Positions 13,625 through 27,355 of a stretch of DNA of 64,000 nt are shown here, piece after piece. Origin of the DNA: Eledone cirrhosa (taxonomy: Eukaryota). Every line of letters starts with the position of its first letter. Position 1 is the stretch's first letter. Below the pieces are notes generated by a model, which searched no databases, was not told where the DNA came from, and saw only the letters and a program-made list of their open reading frames with translations. The stretch is taken from positions 32,426,001-32,490,000 of the forward strand of contig OZ024744.1 of the NCBI GenBank assembly GCA_964016885.1. The letters run 5' to 3'. The position numbers were made by a program, and so were the translations under genes.

Positions 13625-13745
13625 TGTTCTGAGTTCAAATCCCGCCGAGGTTAACTTTGCCTTTCATCCTTACGGGGTCGATAAAATAAAGACCAGTAAT
13701 GTACTGGGTAATTGCTGGCCTTGTGCCAAAAGTAGAAACAATTAT
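13625..13745 (+). mobile_element. tRNA-derived SINE, 5'-truncated (family also at ~12450, 18520, 18720-18890, 27165-27355, 27678-27850, 44025-44290)
   Basis: Box B GTTCAAATCCC plus conserved core CTTTGCCTTTCATCCTTACGGGGTCGATAAAATAAAG. Confidence 0.8.
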
Positions 13746-15065
13746 TATTGTTATATGGTTGTTTTATTTGTTTAACTTCATATGTTTTTGTTTTTCTAGT
13801 CGTTTATTTCATTTATACACTAATGGGGTAGAATCATAGTGCACATATAGATCTCTGCTGGCACCTTTTCTATTTTACAGAATTTGATCTACTCTCGGGT
13901 CCCAAATTATAGGGGGTAGGTCAGAATAAATCACGGGGGTGTTGAAAAATCAGTAATTTTTCTAGGTTGTCTCCGTTGATTTTTTTGAAAACCAGAACTA
14001 GCCATTTAGTTTACATATTGAGACCCCAACCCATCCTATTTATTTTATAACGTATGGGATTGATTTCTAATAATCTATTTTTTTAGTCATGTAAAATATT
14101 TTTTAATGTATAAAGAAAATTAATTGTCGCAGGAATGCTACTACTTACAATAACATTTCACCGGCGTTTGATTAGCAAAATTTAATAAGTGAAGGTGGGG
14201 AATTATTCGTGACCTGAGTGTATATGGAGGTCAATTGAGATTTTTATTGTGAAGTCAAGTAAAGGAATAAGGTGTGCTCAATTTTGAAGTTTATTTGGCT
14301 GTCAATATTGTTGAAACAATCATATTTTGACGCGCTTTATGGGAAGATTTTAACCTGAGGATATAGTCCATAGATCTGGGGAAGAAGGGCAAGTGACAGG
14401 TTGTAAATGGTCTACGTGGCACGTAGTCCGTGTATGTGATGACCAGCAAGCCTGAGAGATTTGACCTCATCGGCAGTCACGAGATCTGTTTGTAGATGAA
14501 GTTCTCGAACTGGAAGACAGTATTATACAAGATGGATGCACACAGAGCAGCTCATGGATATCTGTGTCAGCGGGGCAGAAGCAATCGAGGTAATTAGAAA
14601 AGTTTAATACGATAAGGGTCAGAGACATAGGTGAAGAAGGGAAACTATGGCTCACCTATAAGCCTATCTATTCTGTAATGGGTTTGTAATTTTTCAGTCT
14701 GTTGATTGCCTCGTCGGTGCTGTTTACGTGTCCAGGTAAGGTGAGGAGAAGGGGTTGAGAAATTTAGAAAGAAGTCAGAAGATTTTATACATAGGTCTAG
14801 AATGGATCAAATTTTTCATTTGAGTCTTCTTTTATATTTTAATAATAGGAATATCTCAAGAAAGAATCGCTGGACAGATTTTACTGGAAAAAACCAGCCG
14901 ACAGGAGACACAGAGGTAGACACCTAGCAAGACGGTTAGATAACATGGTCTTATTTGGGTATCCAACCGAATCAAGAAGAAGAAGAAGAAGAAGAAGAAG
15001 AAGAAGAAGAAGAAGAAGAAGAAGAAGAAGAAGAAGAAGAAGAAGAAGAAGAAGAAGAAGAAGAA

Positions 15066-15330
15066 GAATGTTCATTCTTAAAGTATGAAAACATTCTACT
15101 CTTTGTTCTCCAAAGGTAACACATAATATGATCATTTTTTATGAATCCCGTAACTGCTGACAGTGCAGTAAAACCATTGACGTTGTAAATACCAATGAGG
15201 TTTAATGAATGTTTATTATATCAACCGTTTCAATCTTATTTTCTTTCATTTTTTATATTTACTTTCTATCCCTTCTTTTAACTGTTCCTGCCTTTTCACT
15301 CGTATCGCTTTATTTACCTCTCTATCAATC
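15066..15330 (+). repeat. Interspersed ~260-bp repeat; near-identical inverted copy at 32060-32322
   Basis: AATGTTCATTCTTAAAGTATG...CTCTCTATCAATC is the reverse complement of 32060-32322. Confidence 0.85.
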
Positions 15331-15367
15331 TATCTGCCTGTGGGTGGGTGTATATAATATATATATG

Positions 15368-15421
<54 letters not shown>

Positions 15422-15424
<3 letters not shown>

Positions 15425-15625
15425 AACGAGTAGGACCCCGACGGCTGAGCTCAAGTCGTTTCGACGGCTAATTCTGGACTAAATCTAGACCAGAATTAGC
15501 CGTCGAAACGGCTTGAGCTCAGCCGTCGGGGTCCTACTCGTTCCTATTATCCACTCTACTACCCTAAGTATTGAGTACTTTGGTGCGTTATGGTCCACCT
15601 GGTTCCTTACCACATTTCCTCCGTT
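15422..15625. mobile_element. Short fold-back element carrying the 3' half of a hammerhead (family also at 12883, 23717, 31544, 40178, 51975, 58666)
   Basis: Inverted repeat 15422-15546; GAAA-CGGCT-TGAGCTC-AGCCG-TC-GGGGTC; shared GTGGTAAGGAACCAG..GAGTACTCAATACTT segment; (TA)n flanks. Confidence 0.75.
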
Positions 15626-15718
15626 ATATATATATATAAAAACAATATAGCCGTTGAAAAAGCAAAAGCCGTCTGGTCCCGACTCTTATAATATAATCAT
15701 AACCACTACATCAAGTGG

Positions 15719-15766
<48 letters not shown>

Positions 15767-16383
15767 CTAGTTAGAATATTACTCAACAGAGTACTCGATA
15801 CTTGATGTAGTGGTTATGATTAAATTATAAGAGTCGGGACCCGACGGCTGAGCTCTTGCTTTTTCAACGGCTATATTCCTATATGATGAAATTACCGACA
15901 GTGTCTTTCTCTCAAATGTGATCGCCAAGGCATATATATCTATAGATATAATAAATATACATTTATTTTGATCTGTATGTATGAGTATATACATATAAAC
16001 GCGGAAACACAGACACACTTACAAAAGTATGCACTCACAGAGATACATTCACACAAACACACACACCAAGACATACGCAAACGCACACATACATATGTAC
16101 TCACACACAGGATAGCAAATGGAACGTCAGCCACTGTTTTGCTACATTTTTTCACCATCCCCTTCCTTTTACACACAGAAAACATTCACATAACCCCCCC
16201 CTCCCCACACACACACACATCGTGTGACGGACGGACGGAAGTCGCTCAAATTCATATATTGATTAGATGTGCTCTTCATTTGAAAGTAGGATTCCTAACT
16301 GATTCAGAGCACTCGACAGGTTTTCTGAAGTATAGTATTCAATGATATTAAATAAATGGAAACTATATTTATAAAACTATATT

Positions 16384-16445
16384 TATTCTATTATATATAT
16401 TTCAAGGGTACCAAAAATGTTGGTACGCTTTCATCAGATAAAATA
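16384..16445 (-). ncRNA. Minimal type I hammerhead ribozyme
   Basis: Minus: TATTTTAT CTGATGA AAGCGTACCAA..TTGGTACCCTT GAAA TATATA TA ATAGAATA. Confidence 0.82.
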
Positions 16446-16517
16446 CGAAGTGTGTTTTATAAATTTTGACATAACCAAGGAGAATATACCTTAACGGTTC
16501 AAGTTTTCCTTGGATAG

Positions 16518-16575
16518 TTTATCTGATGATAGCGTACCAAAATGTTGGTACCCTTGAAATATATATAATACAATA
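16518..16575 (+). ncRNA. Minimal type I hammerhead ribozyme (short stem I)
   Basis: TTTAT CTGATGA TAGCGTACCAA AATG TTGGTACCCTT GAAA TATATA TA ATACAATA. Confidence 0.7.
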
Positions 16576-16615
16576 AAATATGGTTTTATAAATATAGTTT
16601 CCATTTATTTAATAT

Positions 16616-16706
<91 letters not shown>

Positions 16707-17112
16707 AAAAATGCATAACTATGGAAGCATCTTGTTGAGTCAAAAATAGCCGCACGTTAAAACTATCCACAACGCAGAGCACTCACAACCTCTAACTGGA
16801 TTACCTATAACGATAACATGTTATCCCATATATATATATATATATTCATTTAGGTTTGTTGGTTCACCACTGGATAGAACTGGTCATTCCGTATAGTCAA
16901 CCTTGATGTAATATTAGGGAGAGCACTCAATGTAATGCAACTCACCCGTTTTCGGTGGTGCGAGTAAGGAGTTAATTATTATAAAATAACAGGTTTTATT
17001 ATATTATGAACATTTGAAATGTTCATAATATAATAAACCTTTAAGGAATTGCACCATTCCAGCCTCCTGTTATTTTATTATTATATTATTATATATATAT
17101 GTATATATATAT

Positions 17113-17188
<76 letters not shown>

Positions 17189-17307
17189 AGGTGAGTTTTA
17201 TTGTAGCACAATAAAGCAATGTAAATATCGGATAAGTAGCACTCCACAGTTTATAGGACTGGAGTATAAATAATATAAGATCAAAAGATGGTAAAAAGAG
17301 TTCCATG

Positions 17308-17377
17308 TATTTTATTATGCGCATTTCTAAAAAAATATCATCATGGGTTGATATTTGCGTTCTCATCAGATAAAATA
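17308..17377 (-). ncRNA. Minimal type I hammerhead ribozyme
   Basis: Reverse complement of 17498-17567; left arm of the 17272-17603 palindrome. Confidence 0.78.
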
Positions 17378-17497
17378 GGGAGACATGATATGAAGCTTAA
17401 AAAACACTTGTGAGCAGTGAAGTGTTAAATCAACAAATATGTTGATTTAACACTTCACTGCTCGCAAGTGTTTTTTAAGCTTCATATCATGTCTCCC

Positions 17498-17567
17498 TAT
17501 TTTATCTGATGAGAACGCAAATATCAACCCATGATGATATTTTTTTAGAAATGCGCATAATAAAATA
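17498..17567 (+). ncRNA. Minimal type I hammerhead ribozyme
   Basis: TATTTTAT CTGATGA (17506) stem II GAAA (17548) TGCGCA TA ATAAAATA; perfect 8-bp stem I, palindromic stem III. Confidence 0.78.
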
Positions 17568-19529
17568 CATGGAACTCTTTTTACCATCTTTTGATCTTAT
17601 ATATATATATATATATATATGTTAGACACGAAGTGACTAACAACAGAATGTTTTAATCACTTTAGCGTTCTAACATATATGTGTAGATCGTCAATTTTTT
17701 TTTCAATGTCTGGCCGTGGCCATGGTGATTACATGCCATTGGCTAATTTTCAACCAATCAGAGTAAGTGTTGCACAAAAGCATCCGCCATCTTATTTTGT
17801 TTGTTTTCCTAGTTCATTTATTTTTGTTTTTTCGTCGTTATATTAATTTTTAAAATTTATATTAACTATTTTTAAAACAAATGTAATATATTGACGTTAG
17901 GGTTAGGGTTGGGCGGTCAATAGATAAGATGAAAGTCTATCGTAAAACGTTGTACAAATATTTTTAAATTTATCGTTTGTACAAAACGATTCTAAATTTT
18001 TGTTTGTAAAAAATGTTTAAACCCTTCAAAATAGCGTATATTCATGTTCTGTAATGTCCCATTTCTGTGCGCCGTTGTGCAAATAAAGAAATATATATTT
18101 GTATCTTGTTCCTCTTTATATATTGGAATCGAGTATATGCAGAGTTCCGATTGTAATACAAACTGCACTGTGTTTGTAAATATTTGTAAAAATAACTTTT
18201 CTAAAAACATTGTAAACATTTGTGTCACACGCGTTTAAAAATCTTTGATATGTATATATATATATATAAAACTGAGGTTGTCTGTCTGTCTGTCTCTCTT
18301 CTAAAACGGTCGCCACACATCTAAACTTATAGATTAAGCTCCAGCGTAGAAATCGGTCAAAAAATATTTCAAATCGAATGTGAAATATTGATGTTTCAGT
18401 TAAAATGTATAAATACAGTTGAGAGACGAGTTATTTCCCTTTAATGCAACGTGAGCAGACGATAAATTATTGAAAAGGCGCAAATTTTCACTATTACACA
18501 TTTGCATTATTGTCAGTATTAACTTTGCCTTTCATCCTTACGGGGTCGATAAAATAAAGTACCAGTAATACACTGTCACTATAAGTAGATGCCCATTCAC
18601 AAACAGTATTGAAAATATGTTCTTCGACAAATAAAAATGTTTTGTTCATACTATTTCGACTAGCGCTTGTTGTTCTACTCCACGCACGACCACCACAAAT
18701 TGGTGACCAGCTCAACACAAGTATTGGTAGAGCGTCAGACACCATGTTTTGCAGCATTGTTATGGCCCTTGGCGTTCTAAGTTCAAATCCCGCCGAGGTT
18801 AACTTTGCCTTTCATCCTTACCAGTTCGATAAAATAAAGTACCAGTAATGGACTGAGGTAATGGCTTTGTGCCGAAAAATAGAAACACTATTAATGTGCA
18901 ATAAGAGCAAGATCTCACGACATTGCTCAATTATTTTATCTAATGTTGCAGGGAAATGTATTTTGTGTATATTTAAAAATATTTGCTCATAGGCTTTTCC
19001 AATTTCGCTCAGCCAACAACTATTAACAAGAGAGTTGCTTAAGATAACAATTTAATCACAAATTGTTGTTATCTTTTAATACACTCCAAAAAGTCATCAA
19101 ATTATGTGCAATAAGAACAAATCTCATTAATTTGCTCAGGGAATAAAGAAAATTTATATAGACTGATAATTGCAATTGTATGTAAATATCTTATTTTTAT
19201 ATTGTTTATTTATTTTATGTTTTCTATTATGTATAATATATTGATTGTTTTTTGTTGTTGTTTATATTAAAAGTCTGAAAATATTTTTATACATCTTACA
19301 CTAATATTTATGAGATCATTTATAATAACAATTATATAATCTAATTACATTACAACGATAATTTATTATTAATATATATCATGTTTAACTAGAGTTATTA
19401 CAAGCGTTGCCTTAAAAAATATTAAACTAGACATGAAAAATGCGCAAGCTCAAAAGAGTCACAGAATGTTATAATATATATATATAATAAACCTTCAAAA
19501 GTGTGGGACTAGTGTTGTTACTCAAAAAT

Positions 19530-21197
19530 ATTGTAATCATTATCTATCGTACATTCTGTGGCATCCTTTATAAAAATATCACAATAAATACATCTATGTT
19601 TAATGTAATAACAGCTATAAATAATTACTTAATATTATTAAACATAGATGTATTTATTGTGATATTTTTATAAAGGATACCACAGATTGTACGATAGATA
19701 ATGATTACAATGTTAGGTGGCGAGTTTATGATTTCACTTGTATTCCTATGTAGGTTTATCTTGGAGTAATAATATTGAAAAAGTGCAGAATAACATGGTC
19801 AACAGTACAAAAAAGGGTTTTATTTACAGTCTGACAATTGTTTCACTGATTAAGTTCTCTAAAACGTTGCTGAACACTTGAAGCTGTGCCATTCAATTTT
19901 AAATACGTTGTTAGCTTAACCAGATCATCGGAGATAACTGGTATATGTTCAGAATTCAAATTACAGTATCATTAATAATATTAATAATAAAGAGAGAAAG
20001 AGAAAACAGAAAAAGAAAAAAGAAAGAGAGATAGAGAGAAGAAAGAAAGAAAAAAGAAAAAGGAAAAAAGAAAAAAAGAAAAGGAGAAAGGAAAACATAG
20101 AAAGATATATAGAGAAAAAGACAGAGAGAAAAGAGGATAGAAAGATGAGAGAAAAGGATAAAGAAGAAATAAAAGTAAATAAAAAAAATAAAATAAAAAT
20201 AAAGGGAAAATAATGATATCAACAATAAATGAATAAAGGCTAATAAATGAATAAATGCTAATAAATAAGTTACATCGAGGATGATACAGAACAATACAAA
20301 ATATTAAAATAAATAAATAAAAAATGTTTATGTGCGAAGAAATGTAAACATAGATTATTGAGAGTAGTTGTGGTGTTGGTGGTTAAAATATAGAGATACG
20401 AAGGTACAAATATGAAAATGTTAAATATATTTATGTGCATGTTGGTTATTTTAATAAATTAATTATATAATTAATTAATTATTTGATTAATTAATTGCAA
20501 GTTATATTAGAAGTGAAAATAATATGATAAGATAAAATAAGATAAAATGCCAGAGATGAAATACATTTAGGGAGAGAAATAGAAAGATAAAAAGTGAAAG
20601 ATAGAGATATATAAAATATAAATATAAAATATAAAAGGTTATGATGTTGGTTCATTGACAGATGATGACAATTATAATAATAATGATAATAATAGGATAT
20701 TATAATAGATCTAATTGGTACAATTTGAGTTATGGAATAGATGGGATGAATTAAGTTAGTCTAAAGTTCTCAAATTTGGTCGCCGTTTTATGCCTACAGA
20801 AAATAGTTATTTCAATTTTGCTGTTAAGTAGCATTTTGTTGTATTTTAAAATTTAGAATATCTCCATATTACAAAGATTACAGTGGGACATGCCAATTCT
20901 ATAGGCTATTGCCGTTGATAACTTCGTCTAGCTGATTCTGTATTCCTGGTCTGCATCTTTGAGTTGCCAGATTTTATTGGCGAGTGTTGTTGTATTCATG
21001 AGCTTCCTGATATTCATAGAGTATCTGTGAACATACCACCTCTTCTTGAACTCCTCCGCTGTGGTAACTATGTAGTGCAAAGGTGCCACAGCGGGGGAAT
21101 TCAAGAAAAGGTGGTATGTTCATCGACACTATAAAAAACAGGAAGCTCATGAATACAACAACACTCGCCAATAAAATCTGGCAACTCAAAGATGCAA
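19530..21197 (-). mobile_element. Penelope-like remnant: GIY-YIG C-terminus, 3'UTR, terminal repeat, 5' inversion
   Basis: Minus 20760-21010 gives TTLANKIWQLKD..YRIS*..CNLCNME..LLNSKIE..CRHK, the PLE endonuclease tail. Inverted duplicates at 20953-21009/21139-21196 and 19532-19690. Confidence 0.75.
19827..19940 (-). ncRNA. Hammerhead-like motif, CCGATGA variant with long stem II
   Basis: Minus: TCT CCGATGA tCTGGTTAAG..CTTAATCAGt GAAA CAATTG TC AGA; truncated plus-strand copy at ~27995-28097. Confidence 0.6.
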
Positions 21198-21787
21198 TAT
21201 ATAAAAATATATATATATATATGAAAATATATAATAATATATAATAATATATAATAATATATATATATATATATATATATGAAAATAACAGATTAAAGTT
21301 TAAGCAAAAAATAGCTGCTTTGACCCTTAACGGCATCTTCTGAAACTAAAAAAAAACAATCTGTAAACGCAGAAGTAAATATTTCGAAAAACGTTACACA
21401 CTATATATACACACACAGAGTGACATAATGTCGGACTGCAAGCAGCCAGACATACAGACAGATATTATAAGGGCGCAACGTAATATCTATGTATCTATCT
21501 AAAAAGAAAGACTAAGAATTATAGAGATCGCTAAATCGCCTAATAGGGTCCCTAGAACATTGAAAATTTGAAACTTTTTGCTCAAAACACTCACAGGACC
21601 ATAAGTATTACATGTGTAAAGTTTGAAAATATACGGTTGGGTGGTTCTCGAGTTTTAAGTAGTCAGACAGTCAGACAGACAGGCAGACATTCTCTGTTTT
21701 ATATATATGTATGTGTTTATATATATAATATAAATATTCATATATATATAAATATGTAAATATATATATACATACATATATATATTA

Positions 21788-23038
21788 CACCAACTCCAGC
21801 CAGAACAACTTAAACTTAATAAATACGCTTTTAGCCTCGACGTTGTCTCCCTCTACACTACAGTCCCCGCTCACCCAGCTGTCGATTTATTGACGGACTG
21901 CGTGGTCGCAGAGAACATCCACTGCTACGGCCTCCACCCGACGGACATACACCAACTTTTGTCCTTCACAGTAGACAACACGTACTTCACCTTCCACCAC
22001 CACACATACAGACAGACAACAGGATTACCCATGGGATCCAGCCTCTCTGGCCTGCTGGCCATCACTTACATGAACCAGCTAGAATGCCGAGCCCTCAACA
22101 CCTGCCATTCCCATGCCTTCTTCACCCGATATGTAGATGACATACTCATCCTTACATCATCCCGTGAGGAGGCAGAGAAAATATACACAACATTCTCCAG
22201 CATGGACGCCAGTATAAAGTTCAGCATAGAACACCCCGATGACCGCGGATCCCTATCCCTGCTGGACTTCCAACTCAGGGTAACAGAGGAAGGCAACATC
22301 CACCCCTGCTTCTATAAAAAAGCCGCCAGCAGGGACCTGTTCGTACATTTCAGATCGGCCCTCCCACTCGGTGCCAAGTTCGGATACATAAAGAACGAAC
22401 TGGCACGTATCAAGAACAAATGCACCGACGCTAGAGACCGAGACACACACACCACACATTTTCTGGAAGTACTCAAACTGAACGGATACACGACATCCAC
22501 CACAAACCGTGCCAGAAAGAACAGAGGACACCACACCCGAGGCACTAACACTTGCTTCCTGAAGCTCCCACACTTCAGTGAAGAAACAACAACAGCCATC
22601 CGCAGAGCCATCAGACGAGAAGGTCTGGATATCCAACTGGCCCATTCGGGTCCTTCTTTGCGTGGACGGCTAGCTAAGAGACACTCCACCAGACATGACA
22701 ACTGCCGCAGACTAGCCAACTGCCCCATCGACGACACAGACCTATGCCACCAGGCTTACGTAGTTTACAGACTAGAGTGTGACAAATGCAACAACTTCTA
22801 CGTAGGTAGCACCACCAGACCACTCCACATAAGAATAAAAGAACACCTCAATACTAACGCTTCCTCATTTAAGAAACACCTAGTTAAATGCAAAAACACT
22901 GATAAAAACATAACAGTTAGGATAGAAACTAAGGAAAGAAACCTCGGCAATCTTAGAATCAAGGAAGCACTCATTATAGATAGAACACATCCACCAATCA
23001 ATAATCGACTAGAGCTCAACACCCAATTTATAACCTGA
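21788..23038 (+). CDS. Penelope-like RT + GIY-YIG endonuclease, 5'-truncated
   Basis: FSLDVVSLYT, GLPMGSSLS, RYVDD, LLDF (RT); VVYRLECDKCNNFYVGST..RIKEH..KEA..PPINNR (GIY-YIG). Confidence 0.92.
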   Translation, partial: HQLQPEQLKLNKYAFSLDVVSLYTTVPAHPAVDLLTDCVVAENIHCYGLHPTDIHQLLSFTVDNTYFTFHHHTYRQTTGLPMGSSLSGLLAITYMNQLECRALNTCHSHAFFTRYVDDILILTSSREEAEKIYTTFSSMDASIKFSIEHPDDRGSLSLLDFQLRVTEEGNIHPCFYKKAASRDLFVHFRSALPLGAKFGYIKNELARIKNKCTDARDRDTHTTHFLEVLKLNGYTTSTTNRARKNRGHHTRGTNTCFLKLPHFSEETTTAIRRAIRREGLDIQLAHSGPSLRGRLAKRHSTRHDNCRRLANCPIDDTDLCHQAYVVYRLECDKCNNFYVGSTTRPLHIRIKEHLNTNASSFKKHLVKCKNTDKNITVRIETKERNLGNLRIKEALIIDRTHPPINNRLELNTQFIT

Positions 23039-23717
<679 letters not shown>

Positions 23718-24307
23718 ACGAAGGAGTTGTGGTAAGGAACCAGATGGACCATAACGCACCTGAGTACTCAATACTTAGGGTAGTAGAGTTGGCACTAGAA
23801 AAAAGAATGACCCCGGCGGCAGAGCTGAAGCCGTTTCGACGGCTATTTCGCCGTCGAAATAGCCGTTGATACGGCTTGCGTTCTGCCGTCGGGGTTAAAT
23901 ATTTTCCTATATATATACATATATGTTTATCCAGGATTCAATCATCGGGGGGTATCCACGGTAAGTAAGGTACTCGATACATAGCAGAGTATAAATATTT
24001 AATATAGAAATGGCTTCCTCCGAATGAAACAATTCTAAACTGTAGAAGCCAATACTACATTATATATATATATATATATATATATAATAAGAACAGCTAC
24101 GTCTTTCTAAACATACCGTGTTTAGAAATACGAAATTCTAATACATACCTGTATAAAGCTCTGCCTGAATCTAAATCTTAAATTCTATTCTGTTATATAT
24201 TGATCCAACTTATGCGCCTTCATATGCACATGAGATTAATCACCTCATTTACACAGACAAGAAAACCATATATTCTCGCCTGCTTTCAAGTCGCAAGAGT
24301 GGGAGGG

Positions 24308-24351
24308 ATCGACCTGATGAGGACCAGTTAAGTTCGAAATACATCGACGAT
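24308..24351 (+). ncRNA. Minimal type I hammerhead ribozyme
   Basis: ATCGAC CTGATGA GGAC CAGTTAA GTTC GAAA TACA TC GACGAT; stem I 5 of 6 pairs. Confidence 0.7.
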
Positions 24352-24506
24352 GGACCCGCTTGCTTCTGCTGGACACCACTAGCAGGCGATGGCCCGTCGT
24401 TTTGCATAGCTACAGCTTTCTAAATGTTTATGAAATTCCAATACATATCTGTATACAGCATGAAGCTAAATAATAATTCTATTCTCTCTCTCCCTGTCTC
24501 TCTCCC

Positions 24507-24662
<156 letters not shown>

Positions 24663-24885
24663 AGGAGGTGAGTTTTATTGTAGCACAATAAAGCAATGCA
24701 AATATCGGATAAGTAGCACTCCACAGTTTATAGGACTGGAGTATAAATAATATAAGATCAAAAGATGGTTAAAAGAGTTCCATGTATTTTATTATGCGCA
24801 TTTCTAGAAATGTGTTTTATGTTTCATGTGTTTTAGAAATGCGCATAATAAAATACATGGAACTCTTTTAACCATCTTTTGATCT

Positions 24886-24991
<106 letters not shown>

Positions 24992-25031
24992 GATATTAAA
25001 TAAATGGAAACTACATTTATAAAACCATATT

Positions 25032-25093
25032 TATTCTATTATATATATTTCAAGGCTACCAAAATCTTTGATACGCTTTCATCAGATAAAATA
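25032..25093 (-). ncRNA. Minimal type I hammerhead ribozyme
   Basis: Minus: TATTTTAT CTGATGA AAGCGTATCAAA..TTTGGTAGCCTT GAAA TATATA TA ATAGAATA. Confidence 0.78.
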
Positions 25094-25496
25094 CAAAGTA
25101 TGTTTTATAAATTTTGACATAGCCAAGGAACATACATTAACGGTTGAAGTTTTCCTTGGATAGTGGAATTAGAGACAGATTTTTCAAAATTGTTAAGATG
25201 AGTATGCAAATGAATGTGTAAATGAGGTTGAGTTATATTTTAGACGCTATGGAGAATTTAGATATGTGTTTGTATTAGTAGTAAAGAAAGAAAAGGAAGA
25301 AAAAGGAAAAAAGACCTTATATTTACATTAATTTGGGGCGAAAAATTTGAATATTTCCCCCAAGTTTACAACCACTAACATTTACATATTCATTTGCATA
25401 CTCATCTTAACAATTTTGAAAAATCTGTCTCTAAGTCCACTATCCAAGGAAAACTTTAACCGTTTGGCTATGTGAAAATTTATAAAACACACTTTG

Positions 25497-25558
25497 TATT
25501 TTATCTGATGAAAGCGTACCAAAGTTTTTGGTACCCTTGAAATATATATAATAGAATA
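25497..25558 (+). ncRNA. Minimal type I hammerhead ribozyme
   Basis: TATTTTAT CTGATGA AAGCGTACCAAA GTT TTTGGTACCCTT GAAA TATATA TA ATAGAATA. Confidence 0.83.
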
Positions 25559-25967
25559 AATATGGTTTTATAAATATAGTTTCCATTTATTTAATATTAT
25601 TGAATATCCCTTCTGCTTATATATATATATATATATACGTCCTTTGGACAGCGTTAGGCTTATATCAGACGCCGTGACCCCGGATGAACCAACAGTATCG
25701 TGGGTAGGGGTCGAAACTCCACATAACCATCTCAACGGCCGATGAACGTTTGTATAGATATAAAAAAGAAAATAATAATAATAATTATTGTTAATGTTTC
25801 CCCCTTAAAAAATTTTTTTTTTTTTTGTTTTGTTACCGTTATTGTCTTGTCCTCTGTTAATTTTCTTAAGTTTGTATATATATACATACATATATATAAT
25901 CAAGGTTTAGCAAATAGAGAAAAGTTTAAAAATAAATTTTAAAAAGTTCGCTGTACTTACTATATGT

Positions 25968-26051
25968 ACCTTTACCGCGCGGTTTCAAGTCTCAAAATAA
26001 ATGAATAATCCATGCGGACCTTCATTGAGAAGGGGACTCTCGTCAGAAGGT
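25968..26051 (-). ncRNA. Type I hammerhead with enlarged stem II; mirror copy 26131-26214 has GAAA>CAAA
   Basis: Minus: ACCTT CTGACGA GAGTC..GACTT GAAA CCGCGCGG TA AAGGT; inside inverted repeat 25901-26283. Confidence 0.75.
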
Positions 26052-26405
26052 TCTTCTCGCTCGGAGAATATAAAATTTCCGCCAGTTTGGGATTTGAACT
26101 CAGGAATTTTATATTCTCCGAGAGAGAAGAACCTTCTGACGAAAGTCCCCTTCCCAATGGAGGTCCGCCTGGATTATCCATTTATTTTGAGACTTCAAAC
26201 CCCGCAGTAAAGGTACATATAGTAAGTAAAGCGAACTTTTTAAAATTTCTTTTAAAACATTTTCTCTATTTGCTAAACCCTGCTTTTATATGTTCTGGCT
26301 CGTTAATTTATTAACCTGCCATAGAACCACATTGGCATACGGTTGGATAATACTTGTATCCCTATATGTATTTTTTACAGGTAGGAACACATACTTTATT
26401 ATTAT

Positions 26406-26866
<461 letters not shown>

Positions 26867-27164
26867 ACGGCATCAAACAATATCTTCTTTACATATTACT
26901 CAGGTGTTCTGTCTATTACTTTAGTAGAGTATATATGGCCGGGATAAAGAATCTCCCTGCGGTTGTAATGTTTAATTCTTTATTAAACACTCAGCATGTA
27001 ATCTGTCATACATTTATAATATTAAAAAAATAAATAGTTATATTCACATGTATACAAATATACATACATATTTACAATATTAATAATATTATGATATTAT
27101 TGTAATATTATTAATATTGTAAATATGTATGTATATTTGTATACATGTGAATATAACTATTTAT

Positions 27165-27355
27165 AGGGCGGTCGTTTGGCAGTATCGGTAGAGGGTCGGA
27201 CGCCATGCTTTCCAGCATAGTTACGTCCCTTTACGATCTGAGTTCAAATCTCGCCGAGGTTGACTTTGCCTTTCATCCTTACGGGGTCGATAAAATAAAG
27301 TACCAGTAATGCACTGGGTAATTGCTGGCCTTGTGCCAAAAGTAGAAACAATTAT
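27165..27355 (+). mobile_element. Full-length tRNA-derived SINE
   Basis: GGGCGG..TGGCAGTATCGGTAGAG (box A-like), GTTCAAATCTC (box B), core TTTCATCCTTACGGGGTCGATAAAATAAAGTACCAG; second copy 27678-27850. Confidence 0.8.

Larger units (their letters stand above)
16341..16620. mobile_element. Fold-back element with two opposed hammerheads
   Basis: Inverted arms CAATGATATTAAATAAATGGAAAC / GTTTCCATTTATTTAATATCATTG; same family at 24989-25602 and 38977-39325. Confidence 0.8.

Noticed and set aside
13880-14815. DNA transposon with imperfect terminal inverted repeats
   Set aside because: TIR similarity is weak and no transposase motif could be read.
17895-17912. Telomeric TTAGGG repeat
   Set aside because: Only two units, internal to an unclassified repeat.
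25665-25745. GACCCC..GGGGTC-GAAAC hammerhead-like segment (similar weak cases at ~15155, ~35540, ~37455, ~43350)
   Set aside because: No intact CUGANGA or consistent stems I/III; at best decayed.
27165-27260. tRNA gene
   Set aside because: Box A/B belong to a multi-copy SINE head followed by the SINE core; no cloverleaf.
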